A stretch of 64,000 nt of DNA from Candidatus Poribacteria bacterium (GCA_965218095.1 OZ244587.1:736001-800000), one strand, 5' to 3'. Positions 38,918 through 50,592 are shown, numbered from the stretch's first letter. A program made the numbers and translations. The notes: generated from the letters alone by a model not told the origin.

Positions 38918-40927
38918 TCATTGAAACGGGACCGGAATCTTGTCCCCATGCCAGGGGAAGGCATAGCTCGGCTGATTGACAAACCGGCGCATACCGGCAT
39001 CCAACCGAATGGTTGTTGAAGGGGGAAGTTGAACCGCGAAATACCTGGCATCGACGGGGATAGTCCTTTCTGACGGATCGTTTTGACCTGCCTCCTGAAA
39101 CCGTACCTCAGTAAACTGGTGTTCCCCGAAAGCCCCCGCCTGCACAATCAAATTTCGAGTTTCGGTTCGATTCAGGTTGACAAGCTGAATGCCTGCACCA
39201 TCAGGCTCCAATGTGTCGACCAGGGCAGCGACATCTCTTGGCAGCCCTGGTCGGGCACGGTCCTGATCGAAGTAGCGCACCGTTGCTCGGAGAAGCCCGC
39301 CATTGTAAACGGATTGTGGCGCCCCCAGCGTCACTTGTGTCAGTCCCTTCGTGAGAACGGGATTGGTTGGGAAGTAGTTCGTCGTAATAATTTCCTCGAT
39401 GCTACGGTTATCAAGCCGCATCTTATCGAAAGCCTCCAACGCCCATTGAAACTCGGCACTCAGGATTTTCTCGGGCCAGTCAGGATTCTTACCATCGTAG
39501 TATTGGAATCGGGCAAACTCTGTCTCACCGCCGTTCTTCTCATAACCCCGATCCCCAACCTCATTCCAATCGCGCTCGACCTCGCCGGCTCGTATCCTCG
39601 TGATTAACTCGTAGTCTTTGGTAGACATCGAAGCATGATACAGGTGGGCAAGCTCCTGCATCCGCCATGGTAGCGGACCAGTGTAGACGCCTCTCATCGG
39701 TAGAATGCCATCGTTTGAGGGGCCGACGGGCGGGTCATATTGCCAGCCATCCGGACCGTATCGCGTGGGCATGATCAGTTGGCCATCTTCACGGGTGATT
39801 GAATTATCCAACAAGAGCTTAATCTGTGAGCGCAGGAGGTCGAGATACCCATAGTCACCGGTGAGCAGCAGAGCACATTCTGCCGCAATAGTCAACGAGT
39901 GAAACATAATGTTAAAACCTTGATAGTGGTTCCAACCATACTGTCCACCCCACCACACGCCATTGCGTCCGTCTCCGATCTTCCCGGTTGGGCCTACATT
40001 GTCCGGCATGATCCCATTATTGCGACGCATTCGATCCATCCAGGCCTCTGTATACTCCAAAACCCAGTTTTTGTACTTTTCTTCCCCTGTATATAGGTAA
40101 GCATTCGTTACCAGCGCGGTGGCGCCAAGACTATTGGGCGTATCGCACTGCAAGACAAGTTTCTCGAATAATTCGACAATCTCTTCCCTGCGTTTAGCGT
40201 CCTCGTACCAATTTAGTTCCAGATCCTCGATGATTGGATAGAGGCTTGCGCGTACACCATAATAATTAACTTCTCCTCCCAGCCACCTCCCAGCAAGCAG
40301 CATGGTATTCGCCATCTCAGCATCCCCATGCAGCCTCGGCCCCTGACTGGAGTGAAAAGGAGATCGCAGAACCTTGTGCTCAGGGTCATAGTTGGGAGCT
40401 TCCGGATCTTCGCCGATGAACATCCCGGCAAATCCCCTCGCCCGGCGCATGTTCTCCGAGATGACGGGACAGGCGACGCCGAAATCGTAGAAAGCCATGT
40501 TGCCTTCGCCAAGGTGATGCCATTCAGCTGCTTGTTCGAGGTTCCAGAATTCATTGTGCGCTGACGGCCTGAACACCTTTGTAAAGTTGTTGTGACGCAG
40601 ACGATGATTGAAGCTATCGTCGCTGATTCGGGTCGTGGCGTTCCATTCCTGCAGCGCGAGATCGTGCAAACTCTCATCGGCGCCGATGGCGTAAAATAGT
40701 CCCCAATTGTAAAACTGTTCGTAGAGGTCGTCGAAGTCCTCCGCGTAGTAAAGTCCGCCTCCCGGCTCAGTGTATTTCTTTACCATCATGGGAGCGGCGT
40801 CCTCCATAAGGCTGATCAGATTGCGCTCCATAAGCGCCCACGCCGGTGGCACCGAGATTTCTGTTGCCTTGATGCCGACCATTCCGGGAATCGAGATGGC
40901 TTGGGTCGAAATGCTTGCTGCTGTCAT
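38918..40927 (-). CDS. Uncharacterised 669-aa protein
   Basis: Long ORF with AAGGAGG RBS; paralog of 41256..43235 (DD.YE, H.GEGN, TNAYLYTGEEKYK, PDNVGPTG, QAGAFGEHQF). Confidence 0.85.
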   Translation of the reverse strand: MTAASISTQAISIPGMVGIKATEISVPPAWALMERNLISLMEDAAPMMVKKYTEPGGGLYYAEDFDDLYEQFYNWGLFYAIGADESLHDLALQEWNATTRISDDSFNHRLRHNNFTKVFRPSAHNEFWNLEQAAEWHHLGEGNMAFYDFGVACPVISENMRRARGFAGMFIGEDPEAPNYDPEHKVLRSPFHSSQGPRLHGDAEMANTMLLAGRWLGGEVNYYGVRASLYPIIEDLELNWYEDAKRREEIVELFEKLVLQCDTPNSLGATALVTNAYLYTGEEKYKNWVLEYTEAWMDRMRRNNGIMPDNVGPTGKIGDGRNGVWWGGQYGWNHYQGFNIMFHSLTIAAECALLLTGDYGYLDLLRSQIKLLLDNSITREDGQLIMPTRYGPDGWQYDPPVGPSNDGILPMRGVYTGPLPWRMQELAHLYHASMSTKDYELITRIRAGEVERDWNEVGDRGYEKNGGETEFARFQYYDGKNPDWPEKILSAEFQWALEAFDKMRLDNRSIEEIITTNYFPTNPVLTKGLTQVTLGAPQSVYNGGLLRATVRYFDQDRARPGLPRDVAALVDTLEPDGAGIQLVNLNRTETRNLIVQAGAFGEHQFTEVRFQEAGQNDPSERTIPVDARYFAVQLPPSTTIRLDAGMRRFVNQPSYAFPWHGDKIPVPFQ

Positions 40928-41073
40928 ATTTTTCCTCCTTGACGAAGCAAAAACCTCATGAGGTCGGACTCGGTTAAGTGCGGCTGAATTTGTTCCGCGA
41001 ATTTCGCTACTGTCTCATCGACCGTCGTGGTCGTCGTGCCGGCGTATTCGCAGCCGATTAGAATTAATCTCAT
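40924..41073 (-). pseudogene. In-frame internally deleted paralog of the P-loop protein at 33938..34624
   Basis: MRLILIGCEYAGTTT fused to TTVDETVAKFAEQIQPHLTESDLMR; matches the first and last segments of the intact paralog. Confidence 0.85.
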
Positions 41074-41255
41074 TTTTTCCTCCGTTAACTTTGGATATGG
41101 TATCACTTGTGAATACAGTAGAGCATGTGCCCCGTTACACGGGATCTCGCTGCGCTAGTTGCTCCCGATGCAATCGGGGAGACTTGCATCCTAATCTATC
41201 GGAGTCCGATTCTCGGACGAGCACTGCTCACTTTACAGGGATAACTGAAAACTCG

Positions 41256-43235
41256 TTATTGAAACGGCGCCGGAATCTTGCCCCCATACCAGGGAAAGGC
41301 ATAGCTCGGCTGATTCACAAAACGTCGCATGCCGACCTCTAGCCGAATGTGTGTCGAAGGGGGGAGTTGAACTGCGAAATACTTGGCATCGATGGAAACC
41401 ACCTTTTTCGTTTGTGAGTTCTCTCCCCTGAGCCATGCGTAGGGATTTTGCGCCAAGCCTTCTTGACTCGTCTCCTGAAACCGCACTTCAGTGAACTGAT
41501 GTTCCCCGAAAGCCCCTGCTTGCACGATCACGTTTCGGATTTCGGTTCGACTCAGGTTCACAAGCTCGATGCCCACTCGGTCAGATTCCAGTTTGTCGAC
41601 GAGCGCGGCGACGTCTTTCGGCAAGCCGGGTCGGGCGCGGTCCGGGTCGAAGTGGCGCACCGTCGCACGTAACAAGCCACCGTTGTAAACGGGCTGCGGC
41701 GAGCCCATCGTCACCTGTGTTAATCCCTTGGTCACAACAGGATTGGGGGGCCACTTGTTGTCCGCGACGATCTGCGCAACATCACGGGGATCGCGACGCA
41801 TGAATTCGAACATCGCTAGGACATATTGATACTCCGCCTGTAACCGCTTTTCGGGCCAATCGGGGTTCTGCCCGTCATAGTATTGAAAACGCGCTTCCAG
41901 ATTCCCGCTGCTCCGGTCTCCCGCAACTTCGATCGCATTCCAATCGGTCTCCCTTTCGCCTTCACGCAGCCTTGTGATCAGCTCATAATCCTTCGAGTCT
42001 ATTGAGGCGTGGTACACCCGCGCCAACCACTGAATTCCCCTCGGCTGATACCCCTCCCAGCCGTTGGGCGTGATTCGCGTCGGCACAAGGAGTTGACCGT
42101 CGTCGCGTGTCTTCGATAGGCTCAACAGAAATTCGATCTGCGAACGTATAAGATCAAGATAGCCGAAGTCACCGGTGAGCAGTAGGGCACACTCAGCGGC
42201 GATGGTAGCCGCTAAAAACGCATTACGAGCAGAATTGCGACTGTTCCAGCCGTAAAACCCTCCCCACCACTGACCGCCGCGCTGCTCGCCGACCTTTCCC
42301 GTTGGCCCAACATTGTCCGGAATAATCCCGTTGTTACCCTGTGTCCGCTCCATCCAGGCTTCCGTATATTCCAATACCCACTGCTTGTATTTCTCCTCGC
42401 CGGTGTAGAGATACGCATTGGTAATGAGGGCAGTAGCAGCCAGATTGTCAGGTATGTCACCATTGAGAACAACCTCATCGAAGATTTTTAAGATCTCCTC
42501 AGCGCGCTCCGGATTCTCGAACCAATCCTCCTCCAAATCCACTACAACCGGATAGAGGTTTGACCGTTGGGCGTGCCCCCTTGCGACGCCGCCCGGATAG
42601 TAGATCGGGTCGAGCAAAATCTTCGCCATCGCAAGGTCTGCGTGAAAGCGGGGACCGACACTCCCGTGGAAAGGGGAACGGATAATTCTATACTCGGGGT
42701 CATAGTTGGCCGCTTCAGGGTCCTCGTTCATGTACATCGCAGCAAACCGTTTGGCGCGTCGCACGTTTTCCGGATTGGTCGGGTCTGCTAAACCGAAACT
42801 GTAAAAAGACTGATTACCCTCGCCCATATGAAACCAGTCAGCGGGGCCGTTCAAGTTGTAATACTCGTTATGGAGTTGTACCCTGAACGCTGGATGCACC
42901 GGTTCGTCCCCCCAGCGCACAACACCATCATCATAAAAACGGGTAATTGCATTCCACTCTCGCAGCCCGATTTCGAGGACACTATCATCCGCGCCGATGG
43001 CGTAGAGGAGTCCCTTGTATGAGTGTGCTTCGTAGGTGTCATCCACGTCATTTACATTGTAAGGCGTTCCGTCTGGACGGGAGTACTTCTTCGCCGCCAA
43101 ATCCACCGCCTTCTCCATGAGGCTAATGAGCTGACGCTCCAGAAGCGCCCACCCGGGTGGGGGCGAGATCTGTGTCGCCTTGATGGAGGCCATTCCGTCA
43201 ATGGGGACCGTATTTGCTGAAAAACTCGCTGTCAT
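41256..43235 (-). CDS. Uncharacterised 659-aa protein
   Basis: GGAGG RBS; end-to-end similarity to 38918..40927, shared C-terminus RRFVNQPSYAFPW.G.KIP.PFQ. Confidence 0.85.
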   Translation of the reverse strand: MTASFSANTVPIDGMASIKATQISPPPGWALLERQLISLMEKAVDLAAKKYSRPDGTPYNVNDVDDTYEAHSYKGLLYAIGADDSVLEIGLREWNAITRFYDDGVVRWGDEPVHPAFRVQLHNEYYNLNGPADWFHMGEGNQSFYSFGLADPTNPENVRRAKRFAAMYMNEDPEAANYDPEYRIIRSPFHGSVGPRFHADLAMAKILLDPIYYPGGVARGHAQRSNLYPVVVDLEEDWFENPERAEEILKIFDEVVLNGDIPDNLAATALITNAYLYTGEEKYKQWVLEYTEAWMERTQGNNGIIPDNVGPTGKVGEQRGGQWWGGFYGWNSRNSARNAFLAATIAAECALLLTGDFGYLDLIRSQIEFLLSLSKTRDDGQLLVPTRITPNGWEGYQPRGIQWLARVYHASIDSKDYELITRLREGERETDWNAIEVAGDRSSGNLEARFQYYDGQNPDWPEKRLQAEYQYVLAMFEFMRRDPRDVAQIVADNKWPPNPVVTKGLTQVTMGSPQPVYNGGLLRATVRHFDPDRARPGLPKDVAALVDKLESDRVGIELVNLSRTEIRNVIVQAGAFGEHQFTEVRFQETSQEGLAQNPYAWLRGENSQTKKVVSIDAKYFAVQLPPSTHIRLEVGMRRFVNQPSYAFPWYGGKIPAPFQ

Positions 43236-43502
43236 TGTTTAACCTCCAAACATCCCGTCGTTTGCTGTGCCGGGAGATGTCCTTGCTTTTTGGGGCATCC
43301 ACTCGTGTGTGATCACGGATGTCCCTCTTTTTATTATCTCATATTTACACCGATTTTGCAACTCCGAATGGCTGTAATCACAGAAAAAACGGATAGATAT
43401 CTTGGTCCTGATGAGATACGATCATACTGTCAAAGCTGACTGTGATACGATAACTTGCAGGGGTGTTTTTGTTGCAATTTTGCTCATCATGTGACATGAC
43501 TA

Positions 43503-43511
43503 TGATATAAT
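43503..43511 (+). promoter_or_regulatory. Extended -10 promoter
   Basis: TGaTATAAT about 220 bp upstream of the dehydratase gene. Confidence 0.55.
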
Positions 43512-43516
43512 GTAAA

Positions 43517-43644
43517 TATACGATTTTTCAGTTGTATGGGAAAACCAGGCACATTCTGGCTCCAACCGCTCCCGTCGGATAGGCAAATCCGACGGCCGTT
43601 CTGGAGTTGCCTATCCAGAACGAGCTAAGTGAAAAACTCGTATA
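43517..43644 (+). other. Structured leader / MITE-like element
   Basis: Terminal inverted repeat TATACGATTTTTCA / TGAAAAACTCGTATA enclosing alternative hairpins. Confidence 0.45.
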
Positions 43645-43730
43645 AATACGTAACCTCTGATGCCAGATTTTTTATGTTTTAACGCAAAAACTCAAAGGGC
43701 GCCACAGCGCGCAAAGAAGGAGCAAAACTA

Positions 43731-44864
43731 ATGCAACCAACGAAGATTGAACGTATAGAAACCATCCTCTGGGACAGGTGGCTGCTGATAAAGATCCACT
43801 GCGAAGACGGCACGGTCGGGATTGGTGAGGGTGGCGTCCACGGTTGGCAGCGACCGACTAGGACGATGGTGGAGACCATGGCACCGTTCCTGATCGGCAA
43901 AGACCCATCGCACATTGAGCATCACTACCAGTGGTTGTACCGCTCGTCGCACTTCATGGGCTCGGTCATTCAGGGTGCGCTTTCAGCCATTGACATCGCG
44001 CTCTGGGACATCAAGGGCAAGCGACTTGGCGTACCGATTTACGACCTGATGGGCGGCATGACCCGACACCGGGTCCGCTGCTACATGCATGCGGATGGCA
44101 AAACCCTGGACGATCTGGCAGCGGATGCTGTGGCGAAGGCCGACCAAGGCTTCACTGCTATACGCTTCTCGCCGTTCCCACCCGACTACTACCTTCACAA
44201 ATCGTATTCAGAGTGGGCAGATGAGGCAGTTCGTCGCGTGGGCACCGTGCGCGAGGCAGTGGGCAACTCGGTTGACATTTGTGTCGAGATCCACCGGCAG
44301 ATGACCCCTGCGGAGTCGATTTGGCTCGGTCGCCAGCTAGAGCAGTTCAACCCGTTCTTCTACGAAGACCCCATGCTGCCAGATAGCCCGGCGATCATGA
44401 GTGACGTGCAGGAGCAGTGCAACATTCCGATCGCGACAGGTGAGCGGTTCACAACAATCTTTGAGTACCAGCAACTACTTGAGACGAAGGCGACCTCATA
44501 CGTTCGGCCCGACGTGTGTCTCTGCGGTGGTCTTTCGGGCTGCAAGAAGGTGGCGGCGATGGCAGAGGCACACCACATCAAGGTAATTCCCCACAACCCG
44601 TTGAGTCCAATAAGCACGGCGGCGTGCGTGCAGTTGGATGCGTCGATTCCGAACTTCGCGCTGCAAGAGTACACCGGCGAGTCAGAGCCGCCGAAGAGCA
44701 ATTTGCTTGTCGAACCACTGGAACTAAAGGACGGTTACCTGACGGCGCCAACGGGTCCAGGGCTGGGGATCGAGCTGAACGAGGCAGCGCTGTTGAGCCA
44801 CCCAGTCAAGGACAAAGCGCTGGATACCCCGATTGGCTTCGACGGATCCGTTCAGGACCGATAG
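43731..44864 (+). CDS. Mandelate racemase/enolase-superfamily dehydratase, galactonate dehydratase-like
   Basis: SAIDIALWDIKGK.LGVPIY.L.GG, VEIH, FYEDP, ATGER, PHNPLSP, QE, GPGLGIE. Confidence 0.88.
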   Translation: MQPTKIERIETILWDRWLLIKIHCEDGTVGIGEGGVHGWQRPTRTMVETMAPFLIGKDPSHIEHHYQWLYRSSHFMGSVIQGALSAIDIALWDIKGKRLGVPIYDLMGGMTRHRVRCYMHADGKTLDDLAADAVAKADQGFTAIRFSPFPPDYYLHKSYSEWADEAVRRVGTVREAVGNSVDICVEIHRQMTPAESIWLGRQLEQFNPFFYEDPMLPDSPAIMSDVQEQCNIPIATGERFTTIFEYQQLLETKATSYVRPDVCLCGGLSGCKKVAAMAEAHHIKVIPHNPLSPISTAACVQLDASIPNFALQEYTGESEPPKSNLLVEPLELKDGYLTAPTGPGLGIELNEAALLSHPVKDKALDTPIGFDGSVQDR

Positions 44865-45336
44865 ACAGGGTTGTGCCCCGAATGGGTTTGGTTCGGGGGT
44901 ACGGACCCATAGGCCAGCCCTGTGAAGATGCTAATTTATACGAGTTCTGTGGCTACACGAGCCATCGAAACATGATTGCCCTTACTCATTTTCGTCCGCT
45001 GTGGTCTCGGTTTTTTCGGGCCACGAGGGTGTTTTTGATATGTAACCGTTCAGGCATCGCGCAAACTGACAGTTTGCGTTACAAGCGCGATTTGCTCCCT
45101 TGAGGTGAAACTCTAACCTCATAACTTTCCGCCGTGGGGGACGATATATACATTATCGTGAATCACGACGAGACGTCCTGGATTGATATCCACGGCGCGT
45201 TTTCTTTCTGCTTAGCGGAGAAGGCGATCACAGAATGGGGCATCACAGTGAATGATTGAGGTAAGCTCCCGGGGACAGGTTGTGGAAGTCCATGTGTAAA
45301 CCACAGAAGCGATGGCGCCGCTTCAAGAGGTGACTA

Positions 45337-46941
45337 TTACTGAGATTTCCAGTCATTCCCCCAGAACCCCCAGTCAAGGAGTTGTCCTCCGGAATAGACA
45401 ATGTAATCGGGCAGGAGTTGCATATTGAGATGACTTCCCCAGCATATTGCATCCGATGTGACCCCACCGTGCACCGCGACATAGCGTTCTGGATTTGAAG
45501 GGTGAGGGAATACGGCGAAAACCGCCGCCCCATCCGTCGTGTATGATTTGTCGGACAGGCAAATTGTCTTACCCTCAAAGTGAAGTGGCAGCTTGCCTTC
45601 AAATTGCGACAGGATGGCGTTAGAATCGTAGACGCCATACAGGAGCAAGTTGTTCGTTTGCAAGAGATCTTCGGTGAGTTCAACGTCAGGGATGACGGGG
45701 AGTTGGACAACGTTATCCCCCATGATGCCGCCGCGATGTACACCCCCATTTCGACTGCGATAGTATCCGACCGCGTTTTTGGCAATCCATTTGTTAAAAA
45801 ACGTCTCCTCCTCTGTCCCAACTGTGCCAGGCACCAGGATAAGCCCATCGAAAAAGAGATTGCCGATGGGGCCCGATGCCCGGTGGCGCTTCTCAGCGGA
45901 GAGATCAAAATCGTCATGCGCCCAAACACCTTCATGATTTCGTTGAAATTGTCTCCGGTGACTCAAGCTCATAAGTTCAAACTTTTGGTTATCAATTACC
46001 ACACTAACCGGTTCGTTCTTCTTAATTGGTCCAAGCGAGAAGGTGCAGATATTCTCAGTATGGACGACGAGGCGGTTTCCCTCGACGAAACGCGCATCGA
46101 CCACACCCCGCTCACCGTAGTGCGCCAGTTGATCAACCATGACCCAGTATGATCGGTTATGGCGCAGATCGCAGGTTGCCAGCGAGACGTGATCCGGAAA
46201 TCGCCGCTTCTGCTGCTTCAGCAGCCAAAGGATCACTTCTTCCCATATATCGGGGGTGCGGCACCCATGGCCCGTTTTGGGAACCTCTGTATATTTGTGC
46301 GTATAGCCCCGTTCTTCCATGAGTCGAGCCATCTGACGGGAATGCTCAACCGGAACACCGCCGCCGACGCCTCGATCCCATTCGCCGTGAATCATCCAAA
46401 CAGGAGTATAGGCGAGGTTTTCGATGAGAAATGCAGCAGATCTAGAGCGCCAGGAGGGCTCTTCCCATTCGTGTATGTGGAACGTGAGTCCCCCCGGTTT
46501 TTCCCACAGTCGATAGTCGCAATAACCACAAAACGGCGCGGCGCCTGCGAAAAGATCGGGATAGTGCGAGATCAGATACCACGTTGCAGCCCCACCCATC
46601 GAACTGCCGGTGATTGTAATGCGGTCGCGGTCAATGGCGTAGTTTGAAGCGACATGCTTGATGGCTTCTAGGACATCGATCTCGCCGTAGTTCTGATAAA
46701 CGGAACCGGAGCCCCGTCCTGTTGGTCTGAGGACGATGCACGGTTGATTGTGTTTGGCAGCAATCCTTGCGATCTGCTCAGTCAACCCAACCGCGCTGGG
46801 TAGATTCCCCAATGCGCCGGGGCTGACTTCCACAATTAACGGCTTCGGCTCGTCACTTGCAGCGGTTGGACATACGGCACAGGGGTGTAGCTTGCCATCA
46901 ACTTCGGATCGAAAATACTGAAGCTGGCCGACTGGTTTCAT
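45337..46941 (-). CDS. Alpha/beta hydrolase (esterase/peptidase-like)
   Basis: GEIDVLEAI, GSSMGG nucleophile elbow, HGEWD, GHG. Confidence 0.85.
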   Translation of the reverse strand: MKPVGQLQYFRSEVDGKLHPCAVCPTAASDEPKPLIVEVSPGALGNLPSAVGLTEQIARIAAKHNQPCIVLRPTGRGSGSVYQNYGEIDVLEAIKHVASNYAIDRDRITITGSSMGGAATWYLISHYPDLFAGAAPFCGYCDYRLWEKPGGLTFHIHEWEEPSWRSRSAAFLIENLAYTPVWMIHGEWDRGVGGGVPVEHSRQMARLMEERGYTHKYTEVPKTGHGCRTPDIWEEVILWLLKQQKRRFPDHVSLATCDLRHNRSYWVMVDQLAHYGERGVVDARFVEGNRLVVHTENICTFSLGPIKKNEPVSVVIDNQKFELMSLSHRRQFQRNHEGVWAHDDFDLSAEKRHRASGPIGNLFFDGLILVPGTVGTEEETFFNKWIAKNAVGYYRSRNGGVHRGGIMGDNVVQLPVIPDVELTEDLLQTNNLLLYGVYDSNAILSQFEGKLPLHFEGKTICLSDKSYTTDGAAVFAVFPHPSNPERYVAVHGGVTSDAICWGSHLNMQLLPDYIVYSGGQLLDWGFWGNDWKSQ

Positions 46942-46961
46942 GTGTGTTCCTTTCCCAAAGC

Positions 46962-47002
46962 AAAAAAGGGGAAACAGCAGACAAATATGCTGTTTCCCCC
47001 TT
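46962..47002 (-). terminator. Intrinsic terminator of the atp operon
   Basis: GGGGAAACAGCA-loop-TGCTGTTTCCCC followed by T6 on the minus strand. Confidence 0.85.
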
Positions 47003-47029
47003 CATAAAGCTAAACATTGATTGAAAAAA

Positions 47030-47437
47030 CTACTGCTGACTCGCAATTCTTAAACGATTCGTTGCACGAGCTAACGCCGCTTCCGCTTGTTCTAGATTGA
47101 TATTTGGATCGCGCGACGCAAGGTGTTCCACTGCGCGCTGCCGAGTGAGTTCTGCACGTTCAACATCAATTTCAGACGCCCACTCAGCGGTATCTGCCAA
47201 CACGGTGACGCCGGTGCGTAATACCTCAAAAACACCCCCACTGGTTGCGACGGATTGGGGCGTGTCAGATTCACGGATGCGGATTTCGCCAATATCCAAC
47301 ACAGTCAGAAAAGGAATGTGCCCGGCGAGGATCTCAAACGAGGCCAGTTCACCAGGGGCTCTCACACTGATAACCTCGCCTTCATAAATCAACTGTTGGG
47401 GTGTTCGGATTTCGAGATGTAATCTTTTTTCAAGCAT
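47030..47437 (-). CDS. atpC: ATP synthase F1 epsilon
   Basis: LEIRTP, ILAGHIP, GGVFEV, VLADTAE...IDVERA; last gene of operon. Confidence 0.93.
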   Translation of the reverse strand: MLEKRLHLEIRTPQQLIYEGEVISVRAPGELASFEILAGHIPFLTVLDIGEIRIRESDTPQSVATSGGVFEVLRTGVTVLADTAEWASEIDVERAELTRQRAVEHLASRDPNINLEQAEAALARATNRLRIASQQ

Positions 47438-47451
47438 AGTTATTTGGTTTG

Positions 47452-48864
<1,413 letters not shown>

Positions 48865-49147
48865 TTATCTCTCTTTCCATCAATTATTTATATTGCCAAT
48901 ACCATCGGCAGGATCTGGTTTGTTCACAAGGCATAACGCCGGGACCGTAAACTATTATCTTTTCCGTATGTCTTTTCCTATTCAATAAGACTGCCCCGAA
49001 CACCCGTTGGATTATAACCGGTGATGTTATTTTTTTATGAATTCTTTGACCGTTGAATCTTATGGTAAATTTTGCATTTTATGTGAGTGGAGACACGGTT
49101 CCCTGAACCCTAGGCCCATTCAGGGAGCCGGGTGCCAGCCTCAATAA

Positions 49148-49944
49148 CTATTCGTTGACGTAATCTGAACGCAGCTCAAACATAAGTTGAGTCACGCGAC
49201 TTGCTCGGTTTGGGAGTTCAGCATTAACAGCCCGTATCTCCTCCCGTTCTAGGCTTCTTCAACGCTATCAAATTCAAACTCAATGAACCGGTGTGGAGAT
49301 ACACCATAATAGTTGTCGTAAGATGCTATCCGTTTGACCTCTTCGGGTGCTTGTAGTGAGCCTGCAACAGACGCAACCCACTCCAGATACGCGGCTTTTC
49401 CACCAAGCGGGTAGTCAACTAAGTAAACCAGTTTAGCCATCCGGGTGGAATCTTCACTTTTCGAGTAATCGGAGCGCTGGATAAATACATGTGTACTCGC
49501 CTCACTGCTGTGATCTGGAAGTGCTGCGAGAATCGCAGCGATATCGGGACGATTCAGATATGTCGCCGCATCTGCGAAACTATCAAATTCAAACTCAACG
49601 AGTCGATGCGGATTCTCACCGCGGACATTATCGTAAGATGCTACCCGTTTGAGCTCTTCGGGTGCTTGTAGTGTCGGTGCAACAGTTGCAATTCATGCAA
49701 TATAGTCAGCTTTCCCACCGACCGGATAGTTGATTAACCACACCAACTTCACCGGAACACCTTCCATATCAGAGGCATCATCCATCTCGGTATCCATGGA
49801 CATCATGTCCATCGCATCAGTCATCTCATTATCCATGGATGACATCGTGTCCATCACCATATCTCTGGCGGTGTCACAACCGACTAAAGCAACTAGTGCT
49901 ATCAGAGCAACTAGAAACATACTTCCTAATTTGAACTTCATCAA
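49148..49944 (-). pseudogene. Lipoprotein with Met-rich linker and two tandem ~95-aa domains, disrupted
   Basis: LVG-C lipobox; TGA at 49693-49695 aligns with Trp of repeat 2; frame continues IATVAPTLQAPEELKRVASYDN...; frameshift near 49250, then LEREEIRAVNAELPNRASRVTQLMFELRSDYVNE*. Confidence 0.8.
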
Positions 49945-50034
49945 TTGGTCTCCTTTGGTGCAAAGTAGATTAACTGTTAGGGGTAAGTCTTTGACTCACA
50001 TATCTTTGGGTTTTACGGTTTCATCGTAATAAAA

Positions 50035-50508
50035 TTAAAGACTAGGACATTCCTTGTGAAAATGCACGGTCGCTGTCTCAAGGTTATGCAATGGGTATTG
50101 TTTATCGCGCAGTGGCATCATGAGGTTCCCTTGCTGAATTTTCTTATTGAGTTGTTCTAACCGAGCGGTATACGTTTCCAATGCCCGTGTGCGCTCCAGT
50201 TCAAAAGCCGATCGAATTGCATCACGTTTTAGGGGTTGTGCTCGGAGCTTGGCTTCCAAACGCGCCCGTCGTCCTTTGATATTTGCGATTAATTTTTCTG
50301 CCTTTTCATTTTCGGCTCGAATTTCCTTGTCTAGTTCAATCCAACGAGGCGCGAAGCCGTTATCCTTGAGCATCTGATTGGCCATACGGACTGCTGGAGG
50401 GATGTAAGGATTATCATCGCGCTGCTGAGGCTTCCCCTTACCGGGCAAATCTTTGAAATCGCCCCGCTCCATCGCCTCTTGAATCTGTTTGTTGACGTTG
50501 TAGGGCAT
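50035..50508 (-). CDS. DUF1992 (DnaJC28 conserved domain) protein
   Basis: QIQEAMERGDFKDLPGKGKP, RMANQMLKDNGFAPRWIEL.KEI. Confidence 0.88.
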   Translation of the reverse strand: MPYNVNKQIQEAMERGDFKDLPGKGKPQQRDDNPYIPPAVRMANQMLKDNGFAPRWIELDKEIRAENEKAEKLIANIKGRRARLEAKLRAQPLKRDAIRSAFELERTRALETYTARLEQLNKKIQQGNLMMPLRDKQYPLHNLETATVHFHKECPSL

Positions 50509-50592
50509 GTTTTCACCCCCAATAAAACCTTTCGGCTCATCTCACAAAGTTTGCAGGAGGTTTTTCACGAACAAAGTAATCTCAATCTTCCC

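Noticed and set aside
45100-45336. HRFCGLHMDFHN, possible glycoside hydrolase N-terminal remnant
   Set aside because: Too short and no continuous frame
49693-49695. TGA recoding (Trp or Sec)
   Set aside because: TGA terminates many other genes here, the position aligns to Trp rather than Cys, and a second lesion exists downstream
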